Shown here piece after piece: positions 28,295-36,458 of a stretch of DNA of 64,000 bases (positions within the stretch are counted from its first letter, which is position 1; every line of letters starts with the position of its first letter). A program made the translations under genes and the position numbers. The DNA lies in assembly GCA_038727705.1 (NCBI GenBank), contig JAVYVJ010000003.1, positions 9,571 to 73,570 of the forward strand, written 5' to 3'. The notes beneath the pieces were generated by a model, which was not told where the DNA came from, searched no databases, and saw nothing but the letters and a program-made list of their open reading frames with translations. Source of the stretch: Zestosphaera sp. Its GTDB lineage: Archaea; Thermoproteota; Thermoprotei_A; Sulfolobales; NBVN01.

Positions 28295-28790
28295 GTCGGA
28301 GTTCCTTCCTAAGTCTCTCTATGAGACCTCCGGCTTCGATTATCTCCAGAACCTCCCTCGCGATGGGTTTGAACTGCATGACCTCGCCTGAGGCCAGCAC
28401 GATTACGCCGCCCTCCAGGTCTATCACAAGTCTCTCGCCGTCGGTGACTCTTTGACTCACGCCGGGGGCTTCGACCACCAACAAGCCCCTGTTTATCGCG
28501 TTCCTATAGAATATCCTGGCGAAGGACTCCGCGACCACTGCCTTGACGCCGGCGCCTAGGAGTGCGAGCACGGCGTGCTCCCTGCTTGACCCGCAGCCGA
28601 AGTTCCTCCCCGCCACAATCAAGTCCCTCTCCCTGAGCCTGCTGGGTATGCTCGGATCCAAGCCCTCAAGAGCGTGCTTCCCTAACTCCCTCGCATCCGT
28701 TAAGGTGAGATATCGCCCAGGCACTATCGCATCCGTATCTACATTATCCCCTACAACCAGGACTTTACCTTCAACACGCCTCAAGCCCAT
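28278..28790 (-). CDS. Aconitase-family hydro-lyase small subunit (LeuD/HacB-like)
   Basis: 170 aa. GRNFGCGSSREHA motif. Confidence 0.85.
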   Translation of the reverse strand: MGLRRVEGKVLVVGDNVDTDAIVPGRYLTLTDARELGKHALEGLDPSIPSRLRERDLIVAGRNFGCGSSREHAVLALLGAGVKAVVAESFARIFYRNAINRGLLVVEAPGVSQRVTDGERLVIDLEGGVIVLASGEVMQFKPIAREVLEIIEAGGLIERLRKELRHGGVQ

Positions 28791-28794
28791 ATTC

Positions 28795-30069
28795 TCACCC
28801 TAAATAACGTCTGGGGTCGGCTATGCACCCCTCCAGAGCGGAGGCAGCCACAGTGACCGGCGAGGCTAAGTAGATCTTAGCCTTAGGAGACCCCATCCTA
28901 CCTATGAAATTCCTGTTAGAGCTTGAGATCACCACTTCATCATCACCCGCCACACCTAAATGCCCGCCGAAACACGCTCCACAGCTGGGGGGCGTTACGA
29001 CGGCGCCAGCATCCAGTAATATCTGGATTAGACCGTCTTGAAGAGCCCTCACAAACACCTCTTTAGATGCTGGAGTCACTACGAGCCTAACGTCCTTCGA
29101 TATCCTCCTCCCCTTAAGTATCTTCGCAGCTGCTAGGAGGTCCTCATACCTTCCGTTGGTACACGAGCCTATGAAGGCCGCGTCAATCCTAACACCTTCA
29201 ACGCTTGACACCGGGGCAACGTTTGCCGGACTGTGAGGCTTAGCGACCATCGGCTCCAGGGTGCTCAGGTCTAATGCGAGATGCGGGCTCTCTACCTTGG
29301 CAGGTCTTAAGTAGTTTAAACTACTTAAGTCTAGGGGTGTGTTGAACCTCCTCATGTAATCTATCGTAACCTCGTCGAGAGGGAATATGGCGTTCTTAGC
29401 ACCACACTCAACACTCATGTTGGCGACGGTGAGTCTGTCGCTCATGCTCAGTGTTCTGAGGCCCGGCCCGCTGAACTCTAGGGCCTTGTAGTTCGCTCCC
29501 TCCTGACCCAGAGCCCCTAATATGCTCAATATAACGTCCTTACCGCTAGAGTAGTTGGGTAACATCCCGTCAAGCCTCACGTACAGTGGTTCAGGAACCT
29601 TAAACCACAGTCTGCCTGTGAGTATTGCGTACGCCGCCTCGGAAGAGCCTATGCCAGTTGAGAAAGCTGCGAGAGCGCCGTATGTGGTCGTGTGGGAGTC
29701 CGCACCCACTACCACTTCCCCAGGCTTCACTATCCCCTCAACCATCACCTGGTGACACACGCCCTCGCCCACGTCGAAGAAGTTTGTGACACCATTGGCT
29801 CTGGCGAACATCCTGAACCTCCTGTGTATGTTTGAGGCAGGGGTTGATGGGGAAGGGCTGTAGTGATCTAGGAAGATGTAGAGGCTTTCGGGCTTCGGGA
29901 TCTTTGCCTTTAGATCGTCTATTAGATCCAGCGTTATAGGTCCTGTAACGTCGTGGATCATTACTTTATCGACCGCAGCGACTACAGTCTCGCCGACCTC
30001 GACGCGATCCCTGCCGGATGCTCTCGCCAGTATTTTCGCAGTTATTGAGTCCATGGTTCCGTTCACCAC
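28795..30069 (-). CDS. Aconitase-family hydro-lyase large subunit (LeuC/HacA-like)
   Basis: 424 aa. DSHT, GSCTNGR and Cys ligand motifs of 3-isopropylmalate/homoaconitate dehydratase large subunits. Confidence 0.85.
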   Translation of the reverse strand: MVNGTMDSITAKILARASGRDRVEVGETVVAAVDKVMIHDVTGPITLDLIDDLKAKIPKPESLYIFLDHYSPSPSTPASNIHRRFRMFARANGVTNFFDVGEGVCHQVMVEGIVKPGEVVVGADSHTTTYGALAAFSTGIGSSEAAYAILTGRLWFKVPEPLYVRLDGMLPNYSSGKDVILSILGALGQEGANYKALEFSGPGLRTLSMSDRLTVANMSVECGAKNAIFPLDEVTIDYMRRFNTPLDLSSLNYLRPAKVESPHLALDLSTLEPMVAKPHSPANVAPVSSVEGVRIDAAFIGSCTNGRYEDLLAAAKILKGRRISKDVRLVVTPASKEVFVRALQDGLIQILLDAGAVVTPPSCGACFGGHLGVAGDDEVVISSSNRNFIGRMGSPKAKIYLASPVTVAASALEGCIADPRRYLG

Positions 30070-30076
30070 GTCCTTC

Positions 30077-31003
30077 CTACACTATTCTCCGAGGACCTCC
30101 CCTGTACATTAGCTCTAACATCTTCTCCGGGAGGTACCTCTCCTCCATCTCCCTGAACTTACTTATTTCGACAATCTTAGCGAACTCGGGGAACGTTATC
30201 AGCTTGTCCAGGTACTCTTTGGCCGTGCCTTTCTCCTTAAGTATTGCCAGTGTCTCAAGCATTGCCTTAGCGGCGGAGTACAGCGCCGTCAGCGGGAATA
30301 TGACTATCTTGAACCCGAGCTCCTCAGCCTCCTTGACGGAGACCAGGGGGGTTCTGCCGCCCTCGATCAAGTTCAGCATCAGAGGCGCTTTAACCTCTTT
30401 AACAGCCCTCCTCATCTGATCCAGATCCTCGAACGCCTCGATGAATATGTAGTCTGCTCCGGCCTTCCTGAACTCCTCAGCCCTCTCTATGGCCTCATCT
30501 ATCCCGGCCACCGCTATCGCGTCCGTCCTGGCTCCGATCACGAAGTCGGGGTCCTCCTCCTTCCTGGCATCGCTGGCGGCAGCGATCTTTCCCACCATAT
30601 CCTCCCTGTCTACTATGCGCTTCCCGAACATGTGCCCACACCTTTTAGGCCATACCTGGTCCTCTATGAAGAGTCCTGCAGCACCCGCCCAGATGTACTC
30701 CTTAACGGTTCTGTACGCGTTGATGGGGTTTCCGTAGCCCGTGTCCGCATCTCCTATGACCGGCACGCTCACTGCCCTGGCTATTGAGGCAACCCTACTC
30801 ACCATCTCCCCAAAACTCACCAGACCTATGTCGGGCATCCCTAGTAACGATGCTGCTGTGCCATATCCCGTATGTATTATAGCTTTAAACCCTACCATCT
30901 CTATTATCTTAGCGCTTAATGCGTCGTAAGCACCTGGCATAACTATGACTCCAGGCTCGCTAAGCATCCTCCTAAATATTGTTGACTTCCTCATGCAAAC
31001 CAC
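30077..31003 (-). CDS. Isocitrate lyase/PEP mutase superfamily lyase (methylisocitrate lyase PrpB-like)
   Basis: 308 aa. PGAYDALSAK, GDADTGYGN and EDQVWPKRCGH (lyase-type KRCGH loop with the catalytic Cys). An alternative start is at M4 (30994). Confidence 0.8.
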   Translation of the reverse strand: MVCMRKSTIFRRMLSEPGVIVMPGAYDALSAKIIEMVGFKAIIHTGYGTAASLLGMPDIGLVSFGEMVSRVASIARAVSVPVIGDADTGYGNPINAYRTVKEYIWAGAAGLFIEDQVWPKRCGHMFGKRIVDREDMVGKIAAASDARKEEDPDFVIGARTDAIAVAGIDEAIERAEEFRKAGADYIFIEAFEDLDQMRRAVKEVKAPLMLNLIEGGRTPLVSVKEAEELGFKIVIFPLTALYSAAKAMLETLAILKEKGTAKEYLDKLITFPEFAKIVEISKFREMEERYLPEKMLELMYRGGPRRIV

Positions 31004-31038
31004 ACGTTAGGAGAATCAACAGTCCTATTAAAAATAGC

Positions 31039-31054
31039 TCCTAACCTGTTTAGC
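31039..31054 (-). promoter_or_regulatory. Conserved 16-nt box TCCTAACCTGTTTAGC directly upstream of the lyase-operon TATA, in the divergent region shared with the HTH_10 regulator gene
   Basis: Matches 15 of 16 positions with the box at 27849-27864. Has the same position relative to its TATA (ttaaaaata at about 31028-31036). Confidence 0.55.
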
Positions 31055-31097
31055 TTAAGTTTATTAGTTCAGTAACTCAGATGAGCTCGGGGACTGT

Positions 31098-31781
31098 TTG
31101 AACAGATGTGGGGCTTCATTGGACTATGCCACCATCAAAGTAGCTCATTATGGGGACCTGCTCACTGACTTCACTAGCCGACACAACGTGATCCTTCTGC
31201 TCCCTCAGCTCAGCCTCATCGACGGCTACAGCCACATAATTTTGCAGATAATACCCTCTAAGAAGGACAGGATCAGCAAGTTCCTCGACATTAGCAAGAG
31301 CTACGCCGACGTCAAACATGCGGAAGTATTTAACGTCCCTGGACTACCGCAGGTCATACTCCTCACTAAGAGGAACTACGGCGTTCTGAAAGCAATCCAT
31401 AAGGTAGGGGGTGTTAGGGCAGGGCCTGTAGTAGTGGAGCGTGGATTCAAGCACTTCCCCGTCCTCATACCGCGCTATAGCAAGTCCAGAGTGCTCAAGT
31501 ACGTGGAGGACTTCTCGCCCTGCGACGTCAGCGCTAAGCTCCTGGAGTCACGGACAACGTTCGGAAGCATCTTGCCGCCATCGCTGTCGGAGTACGAGTT
31601 GCAGGTCCTCCGAATAGCCTTCGAGGAAGGTTACTTCGAGTGGCCTAGGAGGGTGAGGTTGGAGGATCTAGCTTCGAAGATGGGCATCTCAAAGGCGACG
31701 GTCGCCGAGCATTTGAGGAAGGCGCTGAAGAAGGTTTTGAGCACCTACATGTCAGCTTCCTTGCTCATGGAGTCGAGGTGA
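31098..31781 (+). CDS. HTH_10 (bacterio-opsin activator-type) DNA-binding transcriptional regulator
   Basis: C-terminal LSEYELQVLRIAFEEGYFEWPRRVRLEDLASKMGISKATVAEHLRKALKKV is a typical HTH_10 domain. Divergent from the lyase operon. Confidence 0.75.
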   Translation: MNRCGASLDYATIKVAHYGDLLTDFTSRHNVILLLPQLSLIDGYSHIILQIIPSKKDRISKFLDISKSYADVKHAEVFNVPGLPQVILLTKRNYGVLKAIHKVGGVRAGPVVVERGFKHFPVLIPRYSKSRVLKYVEDFSPCDVSAKLLESRTTFGSILPPSLSEYELQVLRIAFEEGYFEWPRRVRLEDLASKMGISKATVAEHLRKALKKVLSTYMSASLLMESR

Positions 31782-31924
31782 GGACGGATCAATCAATCCC
31801 TGCGCATTCACCATCCAATGGTGAAGGGCCGCGTTCGAGTTATTGGTGGTGTAAGCTACGTCACGCTCCTTCCTTAGGGTTCGTAGGGCTTTGGACGCAT
31901 CTTAAGACGGATCTTCTGAGGCCC

Positions 31925-32326
31925 TCAGATTAAGGATCTGTCAGCAACTTTAAGCTCATACCGCCTGGCCTTCAGCGCCTTCGCTATGTGTTTGAAGGAC
32001 TTAAGAGGATCTGTATGCCTGCCACAGGAGTAGACGTCTACGGTGGCGAAGCTGTACTCAGGCCATGTATGTATTGATATATGTGACTCTAGGATGATGG
32101 CGATCACGCTCACGCCGGGCATCATGTGCCAGACTCTGACGTCGAGGAGCGTCATGTTGCCTACCTGAGCCGCTTCAACAACCACTTTCCTCAGGTAGTC
32201 GGGGTCGGAGAGAAGCTTTGGGTCGCAGTTATGGAGGCTCCCGTAAACGTGTCTGCCGTAAACTCTAAGGTCAACGTTTTTTCCATCTTCACGCTTAAGC
32301 ATGCTGAGCCCGGCCACCGCCATCAC
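31925..32326 (-). CDS. speH: Pyruvoyl-dependent S-adenosylmethionine decarboxylase family proenzyme (paralog 1)
   Basis: 133 aa. ESHISIHTWPEY self-cleavage motif and VDVYSCG. The canonical SpeH-like N-terminus is my reason for the symbol. Substrate (SAM versus arginine) is not decidable by eye. Confidence 0.8.
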   Translation of the reverse strand: MMAVAGLSMLKREDGKNVDLRVYGRHVYGSLHNCDPKLLSDPDYLRKVVVEAAQVGNMTLLDVRVWHMMPGVSVIAIILESHISIHTWPEYSFATVDVYSCGRHTDPLKSFKHIAKALKARRYELKVADRSLI

Positions 32327-32523
32327 CCTCTCTAGATATCTTGGGAACCCCTTATAAGTTTAACCCCCTATATCCCTCCCCTTAATGCCTTGATATAAAA
32401 ACTACATTATAATATAGAACCCTTATTGAATTTTTATAATAAAGTTTTTTAATTATTTTATTTGACGGAAGCTTAGCTCTGGGTAGCATATAAAATCCCT
32501 GTCTATATAAGGTTTGACGGTGA

Positions 32524-33009
32524 TTGAGGACGATAATCACAGGACGTGAAATGCTTGAGTATGTGAGGGGAGTGCAGGATGCCGAATCTCAGCTTCAGCC
32601 GGCCGGCATCGACCTACGGGTTTCACAGGTCTTCGTGTTCAGGAGCTGTGGTGAGGTAGGGTTTCACGAGAGGAGGCTGCCGGAGGTCGAGGAGGTCACC
32701 CCCAATGAGGGGTGGTGGGTTCTGGAGCCAGGTCCTTACAAAATCAGGTTCGCCGAGGTTGTTGAGCTGCCCGAGGATGTCATGGCCCTCTGCTTCCCCC
32801 GCTCAACCCTACTTAGGTCTGGAGTGATGGTTGCGTGTACTGTGTGGGATCCTGGGTATGTCGGCCGTGGGGAGGCTTTAATGCACGTTGTGAACCCCTA
32901 CGGAGTTAAGCTCGGCGTCAACTCCAGGGTGGTGCAGTTAATCTTTATCAGGTTGGCCAAACCTCCTGAGAAGACTTACGAAGGCTTCTACAAGGGTGAG
33001 AATCTATGA
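32524..33009 (+). CDS. dut: dUTP diphosphatase / dCTP deaminase family protein
   Basis: About 155-161 aa. LQPAGIDLRV and WDPGYVGRGEA motifs. ATG 32551 is a possible true start, given the TATA ctatataagg at 32503-32512. Confidence 0.75.
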   Translation: MRTIITGREMLEYVRGVQDAESQLQPAGIDLRVSQVFVFRSCGEVGFHERRLPEVEEVTPNEGWWVLEPGPYKIRFAEVVELPEDVMALCFPRSTLLRSGVMVACTVWDPGYVGRGEALMHVVNPYGVKLGVNSRVVQLIFIRLAKPPEKTYEGFYKGENL

Positions 33010-34037
33010 GCGGTGTCGGGGTCAGCATGCACAGCCTTGGGGATCTAGGATCCGCGGGGATCTCGACCTCCTTTAGGATAAGGGTTTGTGAGGTAGCTCT
33101 CGGCACGGCGGCCCCGGTTGTGAGGAACGCCCTGAGGGCATTCCCTGAAGACGACTTCACAAACCCGGAGTACTACCCTCCTAAGGAGGCTGACGCTGAG
33201 TCCGTTCTCAGGTACTTCATATTCATGGTAGCCGTTGACCACAGGACGAGCAGGATGAGACCGTTTGAAGCTCGTGTCGGTTCAAGGCTCTACCACGGAG
33301 CCGATCTCCTGTACAGACTAGGATCCAAGAAGTTCTCTGAAGATCCTGAGTTCTTCTCCCCACAGAGGATGGCTAGAGTTAGTGTGGATGATGTTCTTGA
33401 CTGGCTCTCTGTGAAGGGGGGTGATGAGGTCGTTGGCTTGTGGGATCCGGAGGTACGGGCTGACCTTCTAGCGGACTTAGGTTCAGGGCTTGTAAGGTGG
33501 TTTGGGGGTTCCGTCAGTGGGATGGTTAAAGCAAGCGGCGGCTACTTGAGGAGGGGGTGCGGTCATGGGCTAATCTACATAATGAGGAGGTTCAAAGCCT
33601 ATTCAGACCCGGTTGAGAAGAAGGTGCACCTCTTCGTTAAGTTCGTTGAGAGGAGGGGATTGCTCGGCATTGTCGACCCGTGGAATAAGGAAGTGCCGGT
33701 CGACAACCACCTGACTAGAATAGCCCTCAGACTGGGTTTAGTACTGCCTGAGGAGAGCATGCTCGTGAAGATAAGGAGCAGAGCCCCCTTCACCTGGTCT
33801 GAGGACGTGGCGCTAAGGCTCGCGGTAAGGACTGCGTACAAGAACCTCTCGAGAGTGGCCGGTGTAGACCCCCTCCGGCTGGACGACTTCCTGTGGTACT
33901 TCGGCAGGAAAGTCTGCACACGTGAGGCTCCGGCATGTTTGATGAATGCAACGTGCCCGCTAGCCGACGTATGCCCGAGCCGCGGGGTTCAGGAGGCGCT
34001 GACGGAGCATTATTACCTCGACACCTACTACTATTAG
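33006..34037 (+). CDS. DNA-glycosylase-fold protein (HhH-GPD/Qng1-like motif) with a C-terminal four-Cys cluster
   Basis: 343 aa. PVDNHLTRIALRLGLV resembles the VDxHxxRxxxRLGL motif of HhH-GPD glycosylases. C-terminal CTREAPACLMNATCPLADVC looks like an Fe-S cluster loop. ATGA overlap with dut. Confidence 0.45.
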   Translation: MSGVGVSMHSLGDLGSAGISTSFRIRVCEVALGTAAPVVRNALRAFPEDDFTNPEYYPPKEADAESVLRYFIFMVAVDHRTSRMRPFEARVGSRLYHGADLLYRLGSKKFSEDPEFFSPQRMARVSVDDVLDWLSVKGGDEVVGLWDPEVRADLLADLGSGLVRWFGGSVSGMVKASGGYLRRGCGHGLIYIMRRFKAYSDPVEKKVHLFVKFVERRGLLGIVDPWNKEVPVDNHLTRIALRLGLVLPEESMLVKIRSRAPFTWSEDVALRLAVRTAYKNLSRVAGVDPLRLDDFLWYFGRKVCTREAPACLMNATCPLADVCPSRGVQEALTEHYYLDTYYY

Positions 34038-34050
34038 TGGTGCTGTTGTA

Positions 34051-34329
34051 GTGGTTGAGACGCCTGAGTGGGGGGACGTCAGGAAACTCATAAGGTCGCT
34101 CAATGAAGATCAGCGTAAGACTCTGAAGTACTTCTGCGTCAACAAGTCCGTCGGCGAGTTGCTGGCGCTTAAGGAGCTTCAGGCCCTCCATAAGGTCAGA
34201 GAGCCCGCTAAAGCTATAGCGAAGCTGATTGAAGTTGGTGTTCTAGTTAGAGGTCAGGGTTGCTACAGCATATCCAGATCCTTCCTAGCCGCCGTCAAGG
34301 AGGCTGGTGTCAGAGTTGACGAGTTTTAA
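34051..34329 (+). CDS. Small winged-helix-like protein, hypothetical
   Basis: 92 aa. The helix-rich pattern LKYFCVNKSVGELLALKELQALH...LIEVGVLVRGQG suggests a wHTH fold. No family recognised. Confidence 0.4.
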   Translation: MVETPEWGDVRKLIRSLNEDQRKTLKYFCVNKSVGELLALKELQALHKVREPAKAIAKLIEVGVLVRGQGCYSISRSFLAAVKEAGVRVDEF

Positions 34330-35224
34330 TGAGAAGATCACCGCCTATCTAGAGCTCCTCAGAATGCATAACGTGGCCGTCACCCTCCTTACGACACTCA
34401 TAGGCTGGCTGACGGTCAGAGTAACAGCTCCATCACTTGGTGTGGAGTCTCTGATGATCCCGGTCCTGGCAGTGGGTCTGATCTCAAGCGCAGGGTACGT
34501 CATCAACGACTACTTCGACGTAGAGGTTGACAGAGTTAACAAGCCCTACAGGCCTATACCCTCAGGCAGGGTGTCCACGCATGAGGCATTGACGCTGAGC
34601 ATTATACTCTTCACTGCCGGTGGAGTGTCTTCGCTCTTTGCAGGGCCCTACACGATCACCTTCGTGGTGCTCAACGCTCTTGCAGTCTTCCTCTACTCAT
34701 ACAGGATTAAGGAGCTTGGGCTGATCGGGAACGTGGTCGTCTCGCTTGAGGGGGCTTTCACAATAGTGCTCGGCGCGCTGACCCCATCTGAACTGCTGAA
34801 TAACTTGAGTCTTGTTAAGGCTTCCCTAATGCCGGCATTGTACGCGTTCACCTTGCTTCTGGCTAGGGAGATCGTCAAGACCATCGAGGATCTGAAGGCC
34901 GATGAGGTCAGGGACGTTAAGTCGCTCCCCAGGATAGCCGGTGTTAGAGTGGCCTCCCTAACCGCGACGGTTCTTCTGCTCTTCATAGTGTGCATCTCCC
35001 CCCTGCCGTACCTTGCTGGTTACGGTCACCTGTATCTTGCACTAGCGCTGACTACGGACGTGCTTATACTCTACGCTGTATCACGGCTCATCAAGCTGGG
35101 AAGTCTTGAAAACCCTGAGTCAGCGGCTGCCAAGCTGAGAACAGTGCTTAAGATCTCCATCTTCACCGGGACAACGGCCTTCGCCGCCGACCTAATGCTC
35201 AGGACTATACTGTCCTCAATTTGA
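34307..35224 (+). CDS. UbiA-family prenyltransferase, likely digeranylgeranylglyceryl phosphate (DGGGP) synthase
   Basis: 305 aa polytopic protein. NDYFDVEVDRVNKPYRPIPSG Asp-rich motif and a second motif KTIEDLKADE. The start is ambiguous (GTG 34307 or TTG 34316). Confidence 0.8.
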   Translation: MSELTSFNEKITAYLELLRMHNVAVTLLTTLIGWLTVRVTAPSLGVESLMIPVLAVGLISSAGYVINDYFDVEVDRVNKPYRPIPSGRVSTHEALTLSIILFTAGGVSSLFAGPYTITFVVLNALAVFLYSYRIKELGLIGNVVVSLEGAFTIVLGALTPSELLNNLSLVKASLMPALYAFTLLLAREIVKTIEDLKADEVRDVKSLPRIAGVRVASLTATVLLLFIVCISPLPYLAGYGHLYLALALTTDVLILYAVSRLIKLGSLENPESAAAKLRTVLKISIFTGTTAFAADLMLRTILSSI

Positions 35225-36200
35225 GGGTTTTCATATCCTGGCCCCAGACGTCGTTGTAGATTACTCTAATGTAGGCCTCCTTACCGCTTAAATCCTCTGA
35301 TGTCCTCAACCTGAGTTCCTCGACGTGGCCCGATCTCAGATCGCTCACCTCGCTCTTAGCCACCACCCTCCCCTCACACAGGACGACCACCACAACCTTC
35401 CCGACGAGCGGCCCCCCACCGTTCCTTATTTGAAGGAGGACCTCTTTACCGTCTACCATGGAAGCCTCAGTATGGATGTGTGGACTGGGGGTGAGGGATC
35501 TGTAGATGAGCACGTCGCCTACGACTAGGGGTCTGGTGGAGTCACTCCTCCTTAGCGACAGCCTGCAGCATCCATCAGGGCTTGCCGGCGTCTTCTTTAG
35601 GACAAGTTCGTTGAGCCCGACCAGTTGTATGAAGACGCGCTCCCCGCCACACCCTACAGCGAGTTCCGCCGTCTTGGAAGGCACCTCAACAACGCTCTCA
35701 AACCCTAGCTCCAAGCCTTCAGCAGGGTGTTTAAACGAGTAGCTTTCCCCATTCGAAAGTGTTAGAACTCCCGAGTAGTAACTCATGTTGACTCTGACGC
35801 CAGGCACGGGAGTCAGACCCACTAAACTTACTGAGAGGATCTCAACGACCCGAGAGGTTTCTGCTGAGAGTCTGAGTGTGTACTTCCCCGGCTCCCTAAC
35901 TATCTGAGTAACGTCGAACGTCTGGGAAGCGTAGGTAAGCCCCTCAGACTCTACCAGTATCTGCGGTTTAAACTCCCTCGTCACGTTTATGGTGTTTACA
36001 GAGACCTTCCAGGAGAAGGACTTAGGTCTCAGGTCCTCGCCCTTGAGCAGTATAGAGAGGAAGGAGGGACTCAATGCTGTGTCTACAGGCAGATTCAGCT
36101 GGGCACACCTAGGCTTTCCATACCCTCCGATAGCCCCGAGTGACGTGTAGGTCAGTCTGTACGGCACACCCTCGTAAATTCCTGAAGTACACACTACCAT
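35205..36200 (-). CDS. Hypothetical protein with a CARDB-like beta-sandwich C-terminus
   Basis: About 331 aa from ATG 36200 (the track starts at TTG 36215). No signal peptide. The C-terminal LLQIRNGGGPLVGKVVVVVL...VEELRLR pattern is CARDB-like. The palindromic TATA at 36231-36244 lies upstream. Confidence 0.5.
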   Translation of the reverse strand: MVVCTSGIYEGVPYRLTYTSLGAIGGYGKPRCAQLNLPVDTALSPSFLSILLKGEDLRPKSFSWKVSVNTINVTREFKPQILVESEGLTYASQTFDVTQIVREPGKYTLRLSAETSRVVEILSVSLVGLTPVPGVRVNMSYYSGVLTLSNGESYSFKHPAEGLELGFESVVEVPSKTAELAVGCGGERVFIQLVGLNELVLKKTPASPDGCCRLSLRRSDSTRPLVVGDVLIYRSLTPSPHIHTEASMVDGKEVLLQIRNGGGPLVGKVVVVVLCEGRVVAKSEVSDLRSGHVEELRLRTSEDLSGKEAYIRVIYNDVWGQDMKTLKLRTV

Positions 36201-36230
36201 ACTCCCTGCAACCAACTACCGCACCCAAAT

Positions 36231-36244
36231 GCACTATATAGTGC
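36231..36244. promoter_or_regulatory. Perfect 14-bp palindrome GCACTATATAGTGC containing a TATA core
   Basis: Self-complementary on inspection. Lies 31-44 nt upstream of the minus-strand ATG at 36200. Confidence 0.5.
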
Positions 36245-36458
36245 TCTGGAGAACTAAAAAGCTTGAACAGTTTCTTTGGTTTTGTGTTTTCAGCGTTGTT
36301 GGTGTTTGTTGACGTCCTCAGGGCTCCCCCGGGGCTGCGGCAACACGTGGGGGCTCGAGGGAACCACACCAAAACAGCCTAGAACGGAGAACGGTGGCCT
36401 AGGTCCACAGCTTATAAACCTCCCCCTGCATGTAGGAGTATTGAGTGAGCAGTCGTCC

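Noticed and set aside
32391-32466. AT-rich tract considered as a replication origin
   Set aside because: I could not find flanking ORB or mini-ORB inverted repeats, and there is no orc1/cdc6 gene nearby. I kept it only as a low-interest promoter-like tract.
36276-36458. N-terminal 61 codons of tracked ORF 36276..37772
   Set aside because: The translation is Cys/Gly/Pro-rich and non-membrane, and the segment contains the TATA cttataaacc. The hydrophobic transporter sequence begins at ATG 36459.
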